A stretch of DNA of 64,000 nt from an uncultured Verrucomicrobiae bacterium (GCA_963815455.1 CAWFGO010000001.1:1216001-1280000); one strand, 5' to 3'. Numbered from the stretch's first letter, positions 39,590 to 49,707 are shown. Notes: generated by a model not told the origin, from the sequence alone. Translations and numbers: made by a program.

Positions 39590-40369
39590 CTAAACGGGCG
39601 CGCCATCTATTTTCAAAATCTATCAAGCTGATCAAACAGATTTTTCAGCACATTCGACGTATTTCGAATGCGCGTCGCTTTGGGGTTCCTTTTGTCCGGC
39701 GCGCTTCATTCAGCCTTCCAACGGCGATCCGACTCCGAGGTCAGTCCGTGCTCCTTTCTTCCCCCGACGAGGGCGGCGCTGCGATTGACTTCTTAACATG
39801 CTTTATCGAGGACGAATACGGATTGAGCGCGGTCGATTTCCCCGTGCATACCGTTGCGGACATTGGGGCGAATATTGGCCTCTTCTCAATGGCGGCGCGA
39901 GGGTATTTCCCCACCGCAAGAATCCATTCCTACGAACCAAATCCCCGGGTGCTCGAGCATTCATCAAAGAATGCCGCCGCTGCTGAGTTCACCCTATTCG
40001 CCGAGGCTGTTGGCGCGAGGGCTGGGTATGTCTCGATCGACGAGTCGGGCGGCTCCAACCAAGCCAGGACAATCGCCGCTTCGAAGTCTGGCCATCGGAT
40101 TCCACAAGTCTCGCTCTCTACCGTCGTCGAACGGCTTGGCGGGCGAATTGATTTCGCCAAGATTGATTCCGAAGGAGCTGAGTGGGAGCTATTGGCCGAC
40201 CCTACTGCTTGGCCCGCTATTAAGAACATCCGCATGGAATATCATCTTTGGGGTCGGCGTGTCTTTACGGATGTCGAGCAATCTCTTGGCAGAATTGGGT
40301 TCCAGATTCATCACCATAGTTCAGCTGGCGAATGGGGCACCGTTTGGGCTCGCAACACAAAGGCCTAAC
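39584..40369 (+). mobile_element. Solitary gene cassette with R''-only attC
   Basis: Core GTTAGACCT (39583) and inverse core AGGCCTAAC (40361-40369), the latter holding the ORF stop; same end pair as cassette 5. Confidence 0.55.
39748..40368 (+). CDS. FkbM-family SAM methyltransferase (frame open upstream; may start at CTG 39628)
   Basis: DIGANIG, SYEPNP and KIDSEGAE motifs. Confidence 0.88.
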   Translation: MLLSSPDEGGAAIDFLTCFIEDEYGLSAVDFPVHTVADIGANIGLFSMAARGYFPTARIHSYEPNPRVLEHSSKNAAAAEFTLFAEAVGARAGYVSIDESGGSNQARTIAASKSGHRIPQVSLSTVVERLGGRIDFAKIDSEGAEWELLADPTAWPAIKNIRMEYHLWGRRVFTDVEQSLGRIGFQIHHHSSAGEWGTVWARNTKA

Positions 40370-40497
40370 CCCTATGAAGGGTGTCAACGGTGATTGTGAA
40401 GGGTAAGGTTTACACTGGGTGGATGGGTTGAAGGTGGAGTTGGTCTGGAACGCTTCCACTTCGGGTGCGCGCTTTTGTTTTTCAGCGGCTGATACTT

Positions 40498-40737
40498 CTA
40501 TCCGCGCATGTCGAACGTGAGCTTGTTCTCCCCCTCGATCCAGTTCCGCGTTGCCTTGGAATCGGCGTTCTCGAGCGGGCGATACGGATCGGCGACCTTC
40601 GTGCCGAAATAATCATCAACCTGATCGCTCTTCGGCGGGTGCGGATAAACGAGATGCTCCGTAGCCTCCGCGGCAAACGCGGAAGCAAAGGCAGCGAGCA
40701 GTGGCGGAATCGCGATGAGACGCAAGAGAAGTTTCAT
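40498..40737 (-). pseudogene. N-terminal fragment of a prolyl oligopeptidase (S9A)
   Basis: Signal peptide plus YP...VDDYFGTKVADPYRPLEN...WIEGENKLT, then a stop with no continuation. Confidence 0.75.
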
Positions 40738-40787
40738 AAAGTAAACAAGATCGACATCCTGTTAGCGGGCATAGGCAATCGCGCCAG

Positions 40788-41393
40788 TTAATTCTTCTGC
40801 GCCTTGAGCTCGGCAACCTTCTGTTCGGCGCGGTTGACGTCGGATTTTCGCGCTGTTCTCGTGGCGAGAAGCTTCTGTTGTCGATGCAAATTTGCCTCCG
40901 CGGCTTCGAGTTCTGCCCGCTGAAGATTGGCCGCGGCGATTTGAACGGATTCCCTGGCGTCGCCGGCGGCCTTCGTTGCCCGGGCCAATTCTGCTTCCGA
41001 TATTTCACCGGCAGTTAACCGGCCTTGCTGGGTGACAAGTTCTTCCTCAGCCAAGGCAAGCCGGGCATTAGCCAAGACCGATTCGAGCCGGACAACTTTC
41101 AACGCGCGCTGCTCGACTTCGACTTTCGAAAGCGCGCCAATTTTGCAGAGCCGGTCTGCCCGGGCCGCTCGCTCCTTGGCTCGCGCGAGTTCCTTTTCCA
41201 GGCGCGCGGGATCGCCCTCGGCGGTTCCGGGCGGCGCGACAGCCAGCGGCTCATCGGATCGGTTTGGGATGAGCAGCGGCGGCTCAATTTCAAATGAATC
41301 ATCGGACTCGTCTTCGGGCGATTGATCCGCGGCCAACGCTGCCATTCCTGCGATGACAATTGCGGCGGCCGCCAACGCAGACATCCGTGTCAT
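40788..41393 (-). CDS. Secreted coiled-coil hypothetical protein
   Basis: Signal peptide, acidic linker, then Ala/Glu/Leu-rich helical hairpins. Confidence 0.65.
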   Translation of the reverse strand: MTRMSALAAAAIVIAGMAALAADQSPEDESDDSFEIEPPLLIPNRSDEPLAVAPPGTAEGDPARLEKELARAKERAARADRLCKIGALSKVEVEQRALKVVRLESVLANARLALAEEELVTQQGRLTAGEISEAELARATKAAGDARESVQIAAANLQRAELEAAEANLHRQQKLLATRTARKSDVNRAEQKVAELKAQKN

Positions 41394-41560
41394 CCGGCAA
41401 GATTATGATGAAACTCGGCCCGCAGACCAGATCAACCCAACTCCCGAGGGTGGAAATTTGCATGAATTGTTCCGACGTCGTGCTTGAACTTTCTTTCATC
41501 CCTGCTACAGATTGGCGATTCCAATCTGGAACCTTTTTTGGCATAGCAGCGGCTAAGAAA

Positions 41561-42085
41561 ATGTCGATGAACTCCGTAATACGAATTTTTGCCTTGGCGA
41601 TTCCGGCCCTCGTGGCGGCTCCTCTTTTCGCAGGTAGTTTTCCCGCTTCCGGCCCGACCGTGCCCGGGACCAAAGCTCGCCTTCGCGGCAAGGTCGCGTG
41701 TGCACCGACGAACGCGCCGCTGGCAGTGAAGCGCGCGATTTGGGCCGCCAACCAACTTCATACCAAGCCGTATCGTTACGGCGGCGGGCACCGGTCTTTT
41801 ATCGATCGCAGCTACGATTGCTCCGGCACCGTTTCCTATGCGCTCGGCGCGGCCGGTCTGATCAAGTCGCCCATGAGTTCCTCCGAGTTTCGCCGGTTCG
41901 GGGAGCGCGGCCGGGGAAAGTGGATCACGATTTATGCAAAAAGCGGGCACACCTTTGCCGTCATCGCGGGATTGAGACTCGATACGACGCCGTATGTAAC
42001 TGGTCGCGAAAAATGGGCCCCGGGATGGCAACCAACTTTCCGTGGCCCCTACGGTTTCGAAGTCCGACACCCGGTGGGTCTGTAA
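41561..42085 (+). CDS. Secreted NlpC/P60-like peptidoglycan endopeptidase
   Basis: PYRYGGGH, YDCSG and GHTF motifs; signal peptide. Confidence 0.8.
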   Translation: MSMNSVIRIFALAIPALVAAPLFAGSFPASGPTVPGTKARLRGKVACAPTNAPLAVKRAIWAANQLHTKPYRYGGGHRSFIDRSYDCSGTVSYALGAAGLIKSPMSSSEFRRFGERGRGKWITIYAKSGHTFAVIAGLRLDTTPYVTGREKWAPGWQPTFRGPYGFEVRHPVGL

Positions 42086-42086
42086 T

Positions 42087-42602
42087 TTAGGCCGCGGGGC
42101 CGCTTGCTTTCTTGCGCATTACGCTTGCGGCAATGAGTCCACTGAACGCGCCAAAGATTCCTGACATGATGGCTATCGCTATCACCTGAATAAGAATGAT
42201 GTACCAGGCGAAACTTTTCGCCGCCTGCTCGGCCATCGAATCCTTCATCGCGTCCATCGTCTGATCGCTGGCAAAGGAGCGAAAAATGGCCAGCATAAAG
42301 TCTCCATTTTGTTTCCCCCAAAGTTGATAATCAAAAATCTGCCAGATCAGGTCGCCGACCACCGCCGCGGCGGCGGTCCCGAGCGCAGTGCTCAAAAACC
42401 CGAGCTTTGCCCCGTCCTTCAGGGTGAGTGTCTGGCCTTGTTTCGTGATCGCGTACCATACCGCCACCACGGCACCGATAACGTAACTTGGAAAAATGCA
42501 TACGTTGATGTAGGGAAGAAGAGAAAGGACGCAGGTCGCAATCGCTCCTACGTACATTGCTTGTTCGACATCCGGCTTTGCTGTGTTCAAGTCGTTTGAC
42601 AT
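42087..42602 (-). CDS. Membrane protein of unknown function
   Basis: 171 aa with about four TM segments. Confidence 0.7.
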   Translation of the reverse strand: MSNDLNTAKPDVEQAMYVGAIATCVLSLLPYINVCIFPSYVIGAVVAVWYAITKQGQTLTLKDGAKLGFLSTALGTAAAAVVGDLIWQIFDYQLWGKQNGDFMLAIFRSFASDQTMDAMKDSMAEQAAKSFAWYIILIQVIAIAIMSGIFGAFSGLIAASVMRKKASGPAA

Positions 42603-42644
42603 GGCCCTGTTAGATCAAACTTTCCGGTTTCAGACCAGCCAAAG

Positions 42645-43277
42645 ATGACAACAGGAAAACGGCGCTCCATCGCGTCGGATTTGCGTTTTACACAATCGGA
42701 ATTGCGAACATTGCGCGCGTTGAAAACGCCGGCCGGCGTTCAGCGCTTTTTGGACGATCTGCCTTACAATCTCAGCTTCACCGCGCGATCGCCGAAAAAA
42801 GTTCTGCACGATCGCACCGCCTCTTGTCTGGAGGGTGGAATTTTTGCCGCCGCCGCCCTGCGCGTGCTCGGCTTTCCGCCGCTCATTTTCGACCTGGAAG
42901 CCGATCGGGATACCGATCACGTGATTGCGCTTTTCAAAGTGCGCGGTCATTGGGGAGCCGTGGCCAAATCGAATTTCACCGGCTGCCGGTATCGAGAACC
43001 GGTTTACCGCACGCTACGCGAGCTGGCCATGAGTTACTTCAACGTCTATTTCAATTTGCGATTCGAGCGGACGCTGCGGCGCTATTCACGACCGGTAAAT
43101 CTCGCCCGGTTCGATCGGCGCAACTGGATGACGACAGATAAGCCGATTTGGTTTATCGCCGAACATCTTTGCGAAATCCCCCACATCCGCCTGTTAACAT
43201 CGACAATGGAAAGAACTCTCACCCGCGTCGATTCGCGCACCGTTCGCGCCGAAATGGTTGGACACCGGAAAAATTAA
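42645..43277 (+). CDS. Conserved hypothetical protein, transglutaminase/papain-like
   Basis: ASCLEGGIFAAA and DTDHVIALF (Cys/His) pattern. Confidence 0.65.
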   Translation: MTTGKRRSIASDLRFTQSELRTLRALKTPAGVQRFLDDLPYNLSFTARSPKKVLHDRTASCLEGGIFAAAALRVLGFPPLIFDLEADRDTDHVIALFKVRGHWGAVAKSNFTGCRYREPVYRTLRELAMSYFNVYFNLRFERTLRRYSRPVNLARFDRRNWMTTDKPIWFIAEHLCEIPHIRLLTSTMERTLTRVDSRTVRAEMVGHRKN

Positions 43278-43289
43278 TCCGGCCCCCGA

Positions 43290-43763
43290 TTAAGCGGAAC
43301 AAATGCGCTGGGCGATATCGACTGCCTCTTTTTCGAGCGGCGCTTTGCGGTAACCAATGGTGAAACATTCGACCAGATACCTTTTCAAAAATGGAAAAAT
43401 TCCGCCGAGCCGTTCGTACTGAGACGCGTGCACCAGCTCGTGCACGAGGAGATGTCGATCCTGCCGGCAATCGCGCCGGACAAAGATACCATAGTGAAAG
43501 GTGAGTCCGCGCGGGGCCGACGCGAGCAAATTGATCGCGCCGCAGGCGGCCCTCAACATCGGATGCGCCGGCGCCGGGATCGCGTCCACCTGGAGCAGGC
43601 GGATCCGCTCCGGTTCTTTGACGCCGGCGGCCTTGGCATCGGCGATTTCTCGTTCTGACAGCGGCGTGCCCTCGCTCAAGATTCGCGCTTCCTGTTCAGC
43701 CGCCCAGTTTGCCGCTAAAGGCAGTAGAGCTTCCATTTGCTCGGGTGAAAATTGCCCCTCCAT
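43290..43763 (-). CDS. HExxH zincin-like hypothetical protein
   Basis: GLTF, LLVHELVHASQYE and PLEKEA. Confidence 0.7.
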   Translation of the reverse strand: MEGQFSPEQMEALLPLAANWAAEQEARILSEGTPLSEREIADAKAAGVKEPERIRLLQVDAIPAPAHPMLRAACGAINLLASAPRGLTFHYGIFVRRDCRQDRHLLVHELVHASQYERLGGIFPFLKRYLVECFTIGYRKAPLEKEAVDIAQRICSA

Positions 43764-43834
43764 CCGATGCAAAACAGCAGGAATGCGGCCAAAAACGCCC
43801 TACAATTTTTCGACGACGCATTCTATCTTGTGCC

Positions 43835-44242
43835 ATGAGCGTACAAGTTTACGGCTGCAATCATGTGGCCATCGAAGTAGGCGATATCAAGAAGGCGATC
43901 GCGTTTTACGAAGACGTTTTCCACCTCGAACAAATGAGCGGAGGCGAGGGCGACGCGTTTTTCAAGCTGGGCGAGCACCAGTTCCTGGCCATGTTCGAAG
44001 TGAAAAATCCGCAACCGGCCAGGATGGGGCATTTCGGGATCATGGTGCGCGATGAGAAACAACTCGAAGAAGTGCGCCAAAAACTGACTAAGAAATACAA
44101 ATTGAAACTGGAGCCGCCGTTCCGCTGCGATTTTCGCGATCCGTGGGGCAACCGGATTCAGGTTGTCGATCTTCACGACGAATCGCTCGTTTGGCTTCTG
44201 CCTTATCGTGAAGTTCAAAAGGCGGGAGTTCGATTCAGATAA
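43835..44242 (+). CDS. VOC/glyoxalase family protein
   Basis: NHVAIEVGD...FYEDVF, HFGI and FRDPWGNRIQ. Confidence 0.85.
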   Translation: MSVQVYGCNHVAIEVGDIKKAIAFYEDVFHLEQMSGGEGDAFFKLGEHQFLAMFEVKNPQPARMGHFGIMVRDEKQLEEVRQKLTKKYKLKLEPPFRCDFRDPWGNRIQVVDLHDESLVWLLPYREVQKAGVRFR

Positions 44243-44250
44243 GCCTGGCC

Positions 44251-44781
44251 ATGGAGCTCGTGCTCAGCCGCTGCACGTTGCGGGACTGGCGTCGAGATGA
44301 CGCCGCCGGCATCGCAAAACACGCCAACAATCGTCAGGTTTGGCTCGGTGTGCGCGACATTTTTCCGCATCCCTATGGCCTGGCGGATGCAGAAGAGTTC
44401 CTGGCCCGGGCGTTGAGCGAGAATCCACGCACAAGATTTTGTATCGATATCGGCGGAGAAGCCGTGGGCGGTATTGGAATACATCGAGGCAAGGACGTGT
44501 ACCGTCGTACCGCCGAGATCGGTTACTGGCTGGCCGAGGAATTCTGGGGCCGCGGAATTATGACCGAGGTAGTCACCGCTGTTACCGAATATTCCTTTGC
44601 GAATTTTGACCTCCTGCGGGTTGCTGGTCATGTGTTTTCGAATAATCCGGCATCGGCTCGCGTTTTGGAAAAGGCCGGCTTTGTCTTGGAGGGCCGGATG
44701 CGCCAGAATGTGATCAAGGACGGGAAGGTGCTGGATTCCCTGCTTTACGCCAAAACAATCGAACTGAAGCCAAACCAATGA
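44251..44781 (+). CDS. GNAT N-acetyltransferase (RimJ/RimL-like)
   Basis: AEIGYWL, WGRGIMTE and NPASARVLEKAGF. Confidence 0.9.
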   Translation: MELVLSRCTLRDWRRDDAAGIAKHANNRQVWLGVRDIFPHPYGLADAEEFLARALSENPRTRFCIDIGGEAVGGIGIHRGKDVYRRTAEIGYWLAEEFWGRGIMTEVVTAVTEYSFANFDLLRVAGHVFSNNPASARVLEKAGFVLEGRMRQNVIKDGKVLDSLLYAKTIELKPNQ

Positions 44782-45122
44782 AGAACGAAAATCCCTGGAT
44801 CGAAATTTGCCCCGGAATCAAACGGCAGACGGCAGCGAGCGGGCAGACAATGTATCAAATGGTGGCGCGTCTGGCCGCTGGCAGCAAAATGCCGGAGCAT
44901 CAACATCCGCAGGAGCAGATCGTTCACATTCTCGAAGGCCGGATGAAATTGATTGTCGCCGGGGCTGTGCATGAATTGGCGACTGGAGATTCGTACTATC
45001 TGGCCAGCAATATCCCACACGGCGTGGAAACAATGGAAGAGACGCGAGTCCTCGACACCTTCAGTCCACCCCGGATCGAGTATCTCGCCATCGACGAAGC
45101 GAATCGCCGAAGAGCGTCATGA
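44778..45122 (+). CDS. Cupin domain protein
   Basis: PEHQHPQEQ, PHG and LDTFSPPR. Confidence 0.88.
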   Translation: MKNENPWIEICPGIKRQTAASGQTMYQMVARLAAGSKMPEHQHPQEQIVHILEGRMKLIVAGAVHELATGDSYYLASNIPHGVETMEETRVLDTFSPPRIEYLAIDEANRRRAS

Positions 45123-45832
45123 TTTCGTTTGTCGTTCCGGCTTACAACGAAGAGCTGGAACTTCCATCGACAATCGCCGCGATCGGCCAGGCTGCGGCCG
45201 AGGGCGCAGGCCAGCCGTTTGAGATTATTGTGGTCGACGACGGGTCCACAGACACGACGGCGAACGTGGCCGCGCAAGCTGGAGCACGAGTTGTCTCAAT
45301 CAATCGTCGCCAGATTGCGGCGGCTCGCAACGCCGGAGCGCGGACCGCACAAGGCGATATTTTGTTTTTTGTCGATGCTGATACGCGCATTAACCGTGGA
45401 CACGTCGCCGATGCCATCGCCGCACTGGAATCGAATTGTGCCGGCGGCAGTGCACGGGTGCTTCCCGACGGATTCATCCCGCTCTGGGGACGCATTTTCG
45501 TAAGCGCATTTTGCCGCGTCTATTTTGGGCTCAACCTCGGCGCGGGCGCTTTTCTTTTTACCACTCGGCGCAATTTCGACGCAATCGGCGGCTTCGACGA
45601 ACAATACTTCATCGGCGAGGAGGTCTATTTCAGTCTTGCCCTTCGAAAGCTGGGCCGGTTCAAGATCCTGCCGCAACCGGTCCTGACCTCCGGCCGAAAA
45701 TTACGCATGTATTCGGCCCGCGAAGTCTTCGCCCGCTCGTTGTCGATCGTCATTCGGGGCCCCCGTGGCGCCCGGTCGAGGGACCGGCTCGATCTTTGGT
45801 ACGGAGGGAAGCGCGAGGAAAGGCGAGCGTAG
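45119..45832 (+). CDS. GT2 glycosyltransferase
   Basis: ISFVVPAYNEE, VDDGSTD, ARNAGA and FVDAD. Confidence 0.88.
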   Translation: MISFVVPAYNEELELPSTIAAIGQAAAEGAGQPFEIIVVDDGSTDTTANVAAQAGARVVSINRRQIAAARNAGARTAQGDILFFVDADTRINRGHVADAIAALESNCAGGSARVLPDGFIPLWGRIFVSAFCRVYFGLNLGAGAFLFTTRRNFDAIGGFDEQYFIGEEVYFSLALRKLGRFKILPQPVLTSGRKLRMYSAREVFARSLSIVIRGPRGARSRDRLDLWYGGKREERRA

Positions 45833-45842
45833 AGCGCGTCGC

Positions 45843-46871
45843 TCAGGACCCCGCTTTCATCGACGCATCGCCATTGGTTTGGAGCGCAAAGAGCTCAGAG
45901 CCTAACATTTCTTCCACGGCACGATATACCTTCAGGCTACAGACGCCGCAACGCTGGTAAAGGTTCTCCAGTGAAATCGGTTGGCTGTAAGCAATTTGCC
46001 AAATCTCCTCGGCCAATGGTCGCAGCTCCTCGAGATCGGTCCGAGGCCAGACAAAGTTCAATTGCTTTCGTTTTAGGCTGGCTGTCTCCGCCTTCATGCG
46101 CTTGCACAAATCTTCAAATTCGTCGCGCATATGGATAGCTTTCAGAAGTATCTCGTCCGCGTTCCCGCTAATCGCGCTTTCATCGGTCCACTCGGCACTG
46201 GGCACGGCTTCTTGCGAAAAGGAGAATGTCCAGCCTCGGCGAGCCTGGATGAAAAGCTGCCAAAATGCCTCCTCGCCTTTTAGATGTTGAAAGCGGCCCC
46301 GGCGCGGAATTCCTTTGTCGAAATAGAATTCGCAAGTCGTCTCGCCATTTTCGTCAACAATGGCAAGGAGGCCAGTCTGCATCGATCGGACGATCATTTG
46401 ATATATCGTGACGACATCGAAGTTGGCCAAACTTCCGACCAACTCGCGGGCGCCATTTTGCGATCTTCCGATCTCCCGCGCCTGAAACAATTGATGCGCG
46501 AGCTTTTGACACAAGAAAAAGAAAAAAGGCGGCACTTGCTGACGAAGTTCCGGAAAATCATCTCCCCGAAAGCACTGCACACTCAGAGGCCCGCGGGCCC
46601 GAGCCGTCTGGCTGCGAGCAACGCCAAGAAATGGGCCGATTTCGCCAAAAATATCGCCCCGAGAGAGGATGGTCGGCATCCCGGAATGAGAAGCTTCGGA
46701 GGTGATCTCGACCAGCCCACGATTGATAACGAAAAGCTCGTCGCCCGGGTCGCCCGGGGAGTAAACACGTTCGTCTTGTAAAAAGTGCCTGACCCGTGAC
46801 AGTTTGCTGATAGCTCTCAACTCCGGCAAAGGGAGCGAGCTACAGAAGGCAAAAAAATCGTTCTCGGGCAT
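45843..46871 (-). CDS. cNMP-binding domain + DUF4388 (PatA-N-like) protein
   Basis: GDPGDELFVI.RG and GDIFGE...RSQTA; LVGSLANFD...SMQTGLL...G...FYFDKG; start uncertain. Confidence 0.75.
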   Translation of the reverse strand: MPENDFFAFCSSLPLPELRAISKLSRVRHFLQDERVYSPGDPGDELFVINRGLVEITSEASHSGMPTILSRGDIFGEIGPFLGVARSQTARARGPLSVQCFRGDDFPELRQQVPPFFFFLCQKLAHQLFQAREIGRSQNGARELVGSLANFDVVTIYQMIVRSMQTGLLAIVDENGETTCEFYFDKGIPRRGRFQHLKGEEAFWQLFIQARRGWTFSFSQEAVPSAEWTDESAISGNADEILLKAIHMRDEFEDLCKRMKAETASLKRKQLNFVWPRTDLEELRPLAEEIWQIAYSQPISLENLYQRCGVCSLKVYRAVEEMLGSELFALQTNGDASMKAGS

Positions 46872-46993
46872 TCCTTCTGCGAAGCAAGAGTTGTGCGGGA
46901 CATTGGAATTCAATCGCTTCCTTGGATCGACCAGAGGGCTGCTGAGGACGCACTTGCGAATCGGCATTATTCATCTAGAATAGGCCCTTCGAA

Positions 46994-47257
46994 ATGGCAG
47001 AGAATACGGAAACGTTGAGCCTGAAGGAGTTCCAGCTGCACGAAAAAGACACCGGCAGCGCGGATGTGCAAGTCGCACTTCTGACGCGCCGGATCGAGCA
47101 TCTGACCGAACACCTTAAGACCAACCGCAAAGATCACTCCTCGCGCCGCGGCCTTTTAAAAATGGTCGCGCAGCGCCGCAGTCTGCTCGATTACTTGAGC
47201 AAGACCAAAGCCGATCGCTATAAGAAGCTGCTCGACGGGTTAAACCTGCGGAAGTAA
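46994..47257 (+). CDS. rpsO: 30S ribosomal protein S15
   Basis: [13 protein letters not shown] and KDHSSRRGL. Confidence 0.97.
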   Translation: MAENTETLSLKEFQLHEKDTGSADVQVALLTRRIEHLTEHLKTNRKDHSSRRGLLKMVAQRRSLLDYLSKTKADRYKKLLDGLNLRK

Positions 47258-47328
47258 TCGAGTCGATCTTCGTGCGGACATCAGCAGTTCCCGATTCGAA
47301 GCCAAACGTAATTAGAAAAAACAACAGC

Positions 47329-47449
47329 AGTCCAGGCCGCAGTAACCACCTTGGATTTTAGGTTTTAGTTTCGACGGAACGGCGCTCGCCGCGGCGAGCG
47401 ATCCTCGTGCGGGTTTAAAACCTACAGTCAAGGTGACCGGCCTGGGACT
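47329..47449 (+). promoter_or_regulatory. Long stem-loop in the pnp leader
   Basis: CCAGGCCG..CACCTTG..TAGGTTTTA pairs with TAAAACCTA..CAAGGTG..CGGCCTGG. Confidence 0.65.
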
Positions 47450-47469
47450 CGCACATCCAGGAAACTACA

Positions 47470-49620
47470 ATGCAAAAGAAGGTCACGGCCCAAATCGGGG
47501 CCAATCAAATCTCAATCGAAACCGGCAAAATCGCCAAACTGGCAGACGGGGCGGTCATCGTTTCATGCGGCGAGACCATGGTGATGGCGAGCGCGGTTTC
47601 GGCTACGTCGATCAAGGAAGGCCAGGACTGGTTCCCTCTCACGGTCGATTACCGAGAAAAAGCCGCGGCGGTCGGAAAATTTCCCGGCGGCTATTTCAAA
47701 CGCGAAGGCCGTCCCTCCGAAAAGGAAACATTGACTTCACGAATGACGGACCGGCCGCTTCGGCCGCTGTTTCCGCAGGGATATTTTTACGACACGCAAG
47801 TCATCAGTTTGTTGCTCAGCGCCGACGGTGAAAACGATCCCGACATTTTAGCGATCAACGGTGCGTCGGCGGCGCTTTGCGTTTCCGATATTCCGTTCGC
47901 CGGACCGGTTGGCGCGGTGCGCGTCGGTCGCGTGAATGGCCAATTCGTCGCCAACCCGACCCATGCAGAGCGCGAACAAAGCGATCTCGATCTTATTTAC
48001 GTAGGCACCGAGAACGACGTGATCATGATTGAAGGGGCGGCCGATGAAATCCCGGAAGCGGAGTTCGTGAAATCGCTCGAATTTGCGCATGGACACGCGC
48101 GCGAGATGATTCGCATTCAGAAGGAATTAGCCGCGCAAGTGGGCAAGCCGAAACGCGAGATGCCGCTACTGAATGTCGATCCAACGTTACTCGACATTGC
48201 GTATCAGGTGGCCGGCGACAAGATCGAAGCCGCGCTTTACACCGAAGGCAAAGTCGCGCGCAGCAAGGCCGTCGAAGCGCTCCGGGAACAGGTGAAGGCG
48301 GCGATCCTGGAAAAACATCCCGAGGCCGACAAATTCGCCATGACCCAGGCGTTCGACTACGTCCAGAAGAAGGCGTTTCGCAAAAGCATCCTGGAAAAAC
48401 AAAAGCGCATGGACGGTCGCGGTTATCAGGATTTGCGGCAAATAACCTGCGAAGTTGGCCTGCTGCCGCGGGCACATGGCTCGGCGATTTTCCAGCGTGG
48501 TGAGACACAGGCGCTCGCGCTGACAACACTCGCCCCGATCGAAGAAGCGCAAAACATCGACGCCTACGGCGGCGGGGAAACGTCGAAGCGCTTCATTTTG
48601 CATTATAATTTTCCGCCGTTTAGCGTCGGCGAAACTGGGCGAACCGGCGGCACCAGCCGGCGAGAGATCGGACACGGGGCATTGGCGGAGCGTTCGCTGG
48701 AGCCCATCATTCCGAGCGAAACGGATTTTCGTTATGCCATTCGAATATCGAGCGAGATCATGGAATCAAATGGATCGACCTCGATGGCCAGCGTGTGCGG
48801 CGGAATGCTCGCGCTCATGGACGCGGGTGTGCCAATCAAGACGCTTGTTGCCGGAATCTCTGTCGGTCTGGTGACGGAACATGGCGAAGATCGACAACTC
48901 AAGCGCTACGAATTACTGACGGACATCATCGGCTCCGAGGATCACTTCGGCGATATGGATTTCAAACTGTGCGGCACCGACAACGGCGTCACCGGTTTCC
49001 AGCTCGATCTGAAACTTCCGGGCGTAAGCCACAAGATCATGGCCGAGGCGATCGGGCGGGCAAAAGAAGCGCGCACGAAAATTCTCGCAATCATGCGGAC
49101 CGCTCTCGACAAACCGCGGACGGAATTGTCGAAGTACGCGCCGCGCATTGAGACAATCAAGATCAATCCGGAGAAGATTGGCGCGCTCATCGGGCCCGGT
49201 GGCAAGACCATCAAGGGAATTGTAGCTGAAACCGGCGCGGAAATTAACATCGAGGACGACGGCTCGGTGCACATTTACGCGACGAGTGGCGAATCGATGG
49301 CGCGGGCAAAAGAAATCATCGGGGGAATGTCCCGCGAGATTGAGATTGGCCAAACCTACCAGGGACGCGTCGTTTCGACCAAGGAGTTTGGCGCGTTTGT
49401 CGAAGTTCTGCCGGGCAAGGATGGACTCGTTCACATTTCCGAGCTGGCGGATTTCCGGGTCAAACGCACCGAGGACGTGGTGAAGATCGGCGACATGGTT
49501 TGGGTCAAATGCATCGGTATCGACGATAAAGGGCGGGTTAAACTCTCGCGCAAGGCCGCTCTTAAAGAGCGGGCCGAGGCCGAAACCGGCCAGCCGGCGC
49601 CCGCCGAGCAGGCTCATTAG
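47470..49620 (+). CDS. pnp: Polyribonucleotide nucleotidyltransferase
   Basis: FPLTVDY, RREIGHG, ESNGSTSMAS, GDMDFK, plus KH and S1 domains. Confidence 0.97.
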   Translation: MQKKVTAQIGANQISIETGKIAKLADGAVIVSCGETMVMASAVSATSIKEGQDWFPLTVDYREKAAAVGKFPGGYFKREGRPSEKETLTSRMTDRPLRPLFPQGYFYDTQVISLLLSADGENDPDILAINGASAALCVSDIPFAGPVGAVRVGRVNGQFVANPTHAEREQSDLDLIYVGTENDVIMIEGAADEIPEAEFVKSLEFAHGHAREMIRIQKELAAQVGKPKREMPLLNVDPTLLDIAYQVAGDKIEAALYTEGKVARSKAVEALREQVKAAILEKHPEADKFAMTQAFDYVQKKAFRKSILEKQKRMDGRGYQDLRQITCEVGLLPRAHGSAIFQRGETQALALTTLAPIEEAQNIDAYGGGETSKRFILHYNFPPFSVGETGRTGGTSRREIGHGALAERSLEPIIPSETDFRYAIRISSEIMESNGSTSMASVCGGMLALMDAGVPIKTLVAGISVGLVTEHGEDRQLKRYELLTDIIGSEDHFGDMDFKLCGTDNGVTGFQLDLKLPGVSHKIMAEAIGRAKEARTKILAIMRTALDKPRTELSKYAPRIETIKINPEKIGALIGPGGKTIKGIVAETGAEINIEDDGSVHIYATSGESMARAKEIIGGMSREIEIGQTYQGRVVSTKEFGAFVEVLPGKDGLVHISELADFRVKRTEDVVKIGDMVWVKCIGIDDKGRVKLSRKAALKERAEAETGQPAPAEQAH

Positions 49621-49707
49621 CAACTCGGTGGCGGCGTTCCAGGAGCGTCACATTCTTCCGGGTCGAAATTTGCGACGGTCGCAGACCGCCGCTACAGAAG
49701 AATAGCC

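Noticed and set aside
42087..42615. Membrane gene as another solitary cassette (GTTAGAT at 42609)
   Set aside because: The core is on the wrong strand relative to the gene and there is no matching RYYYAAC at its 3' end.
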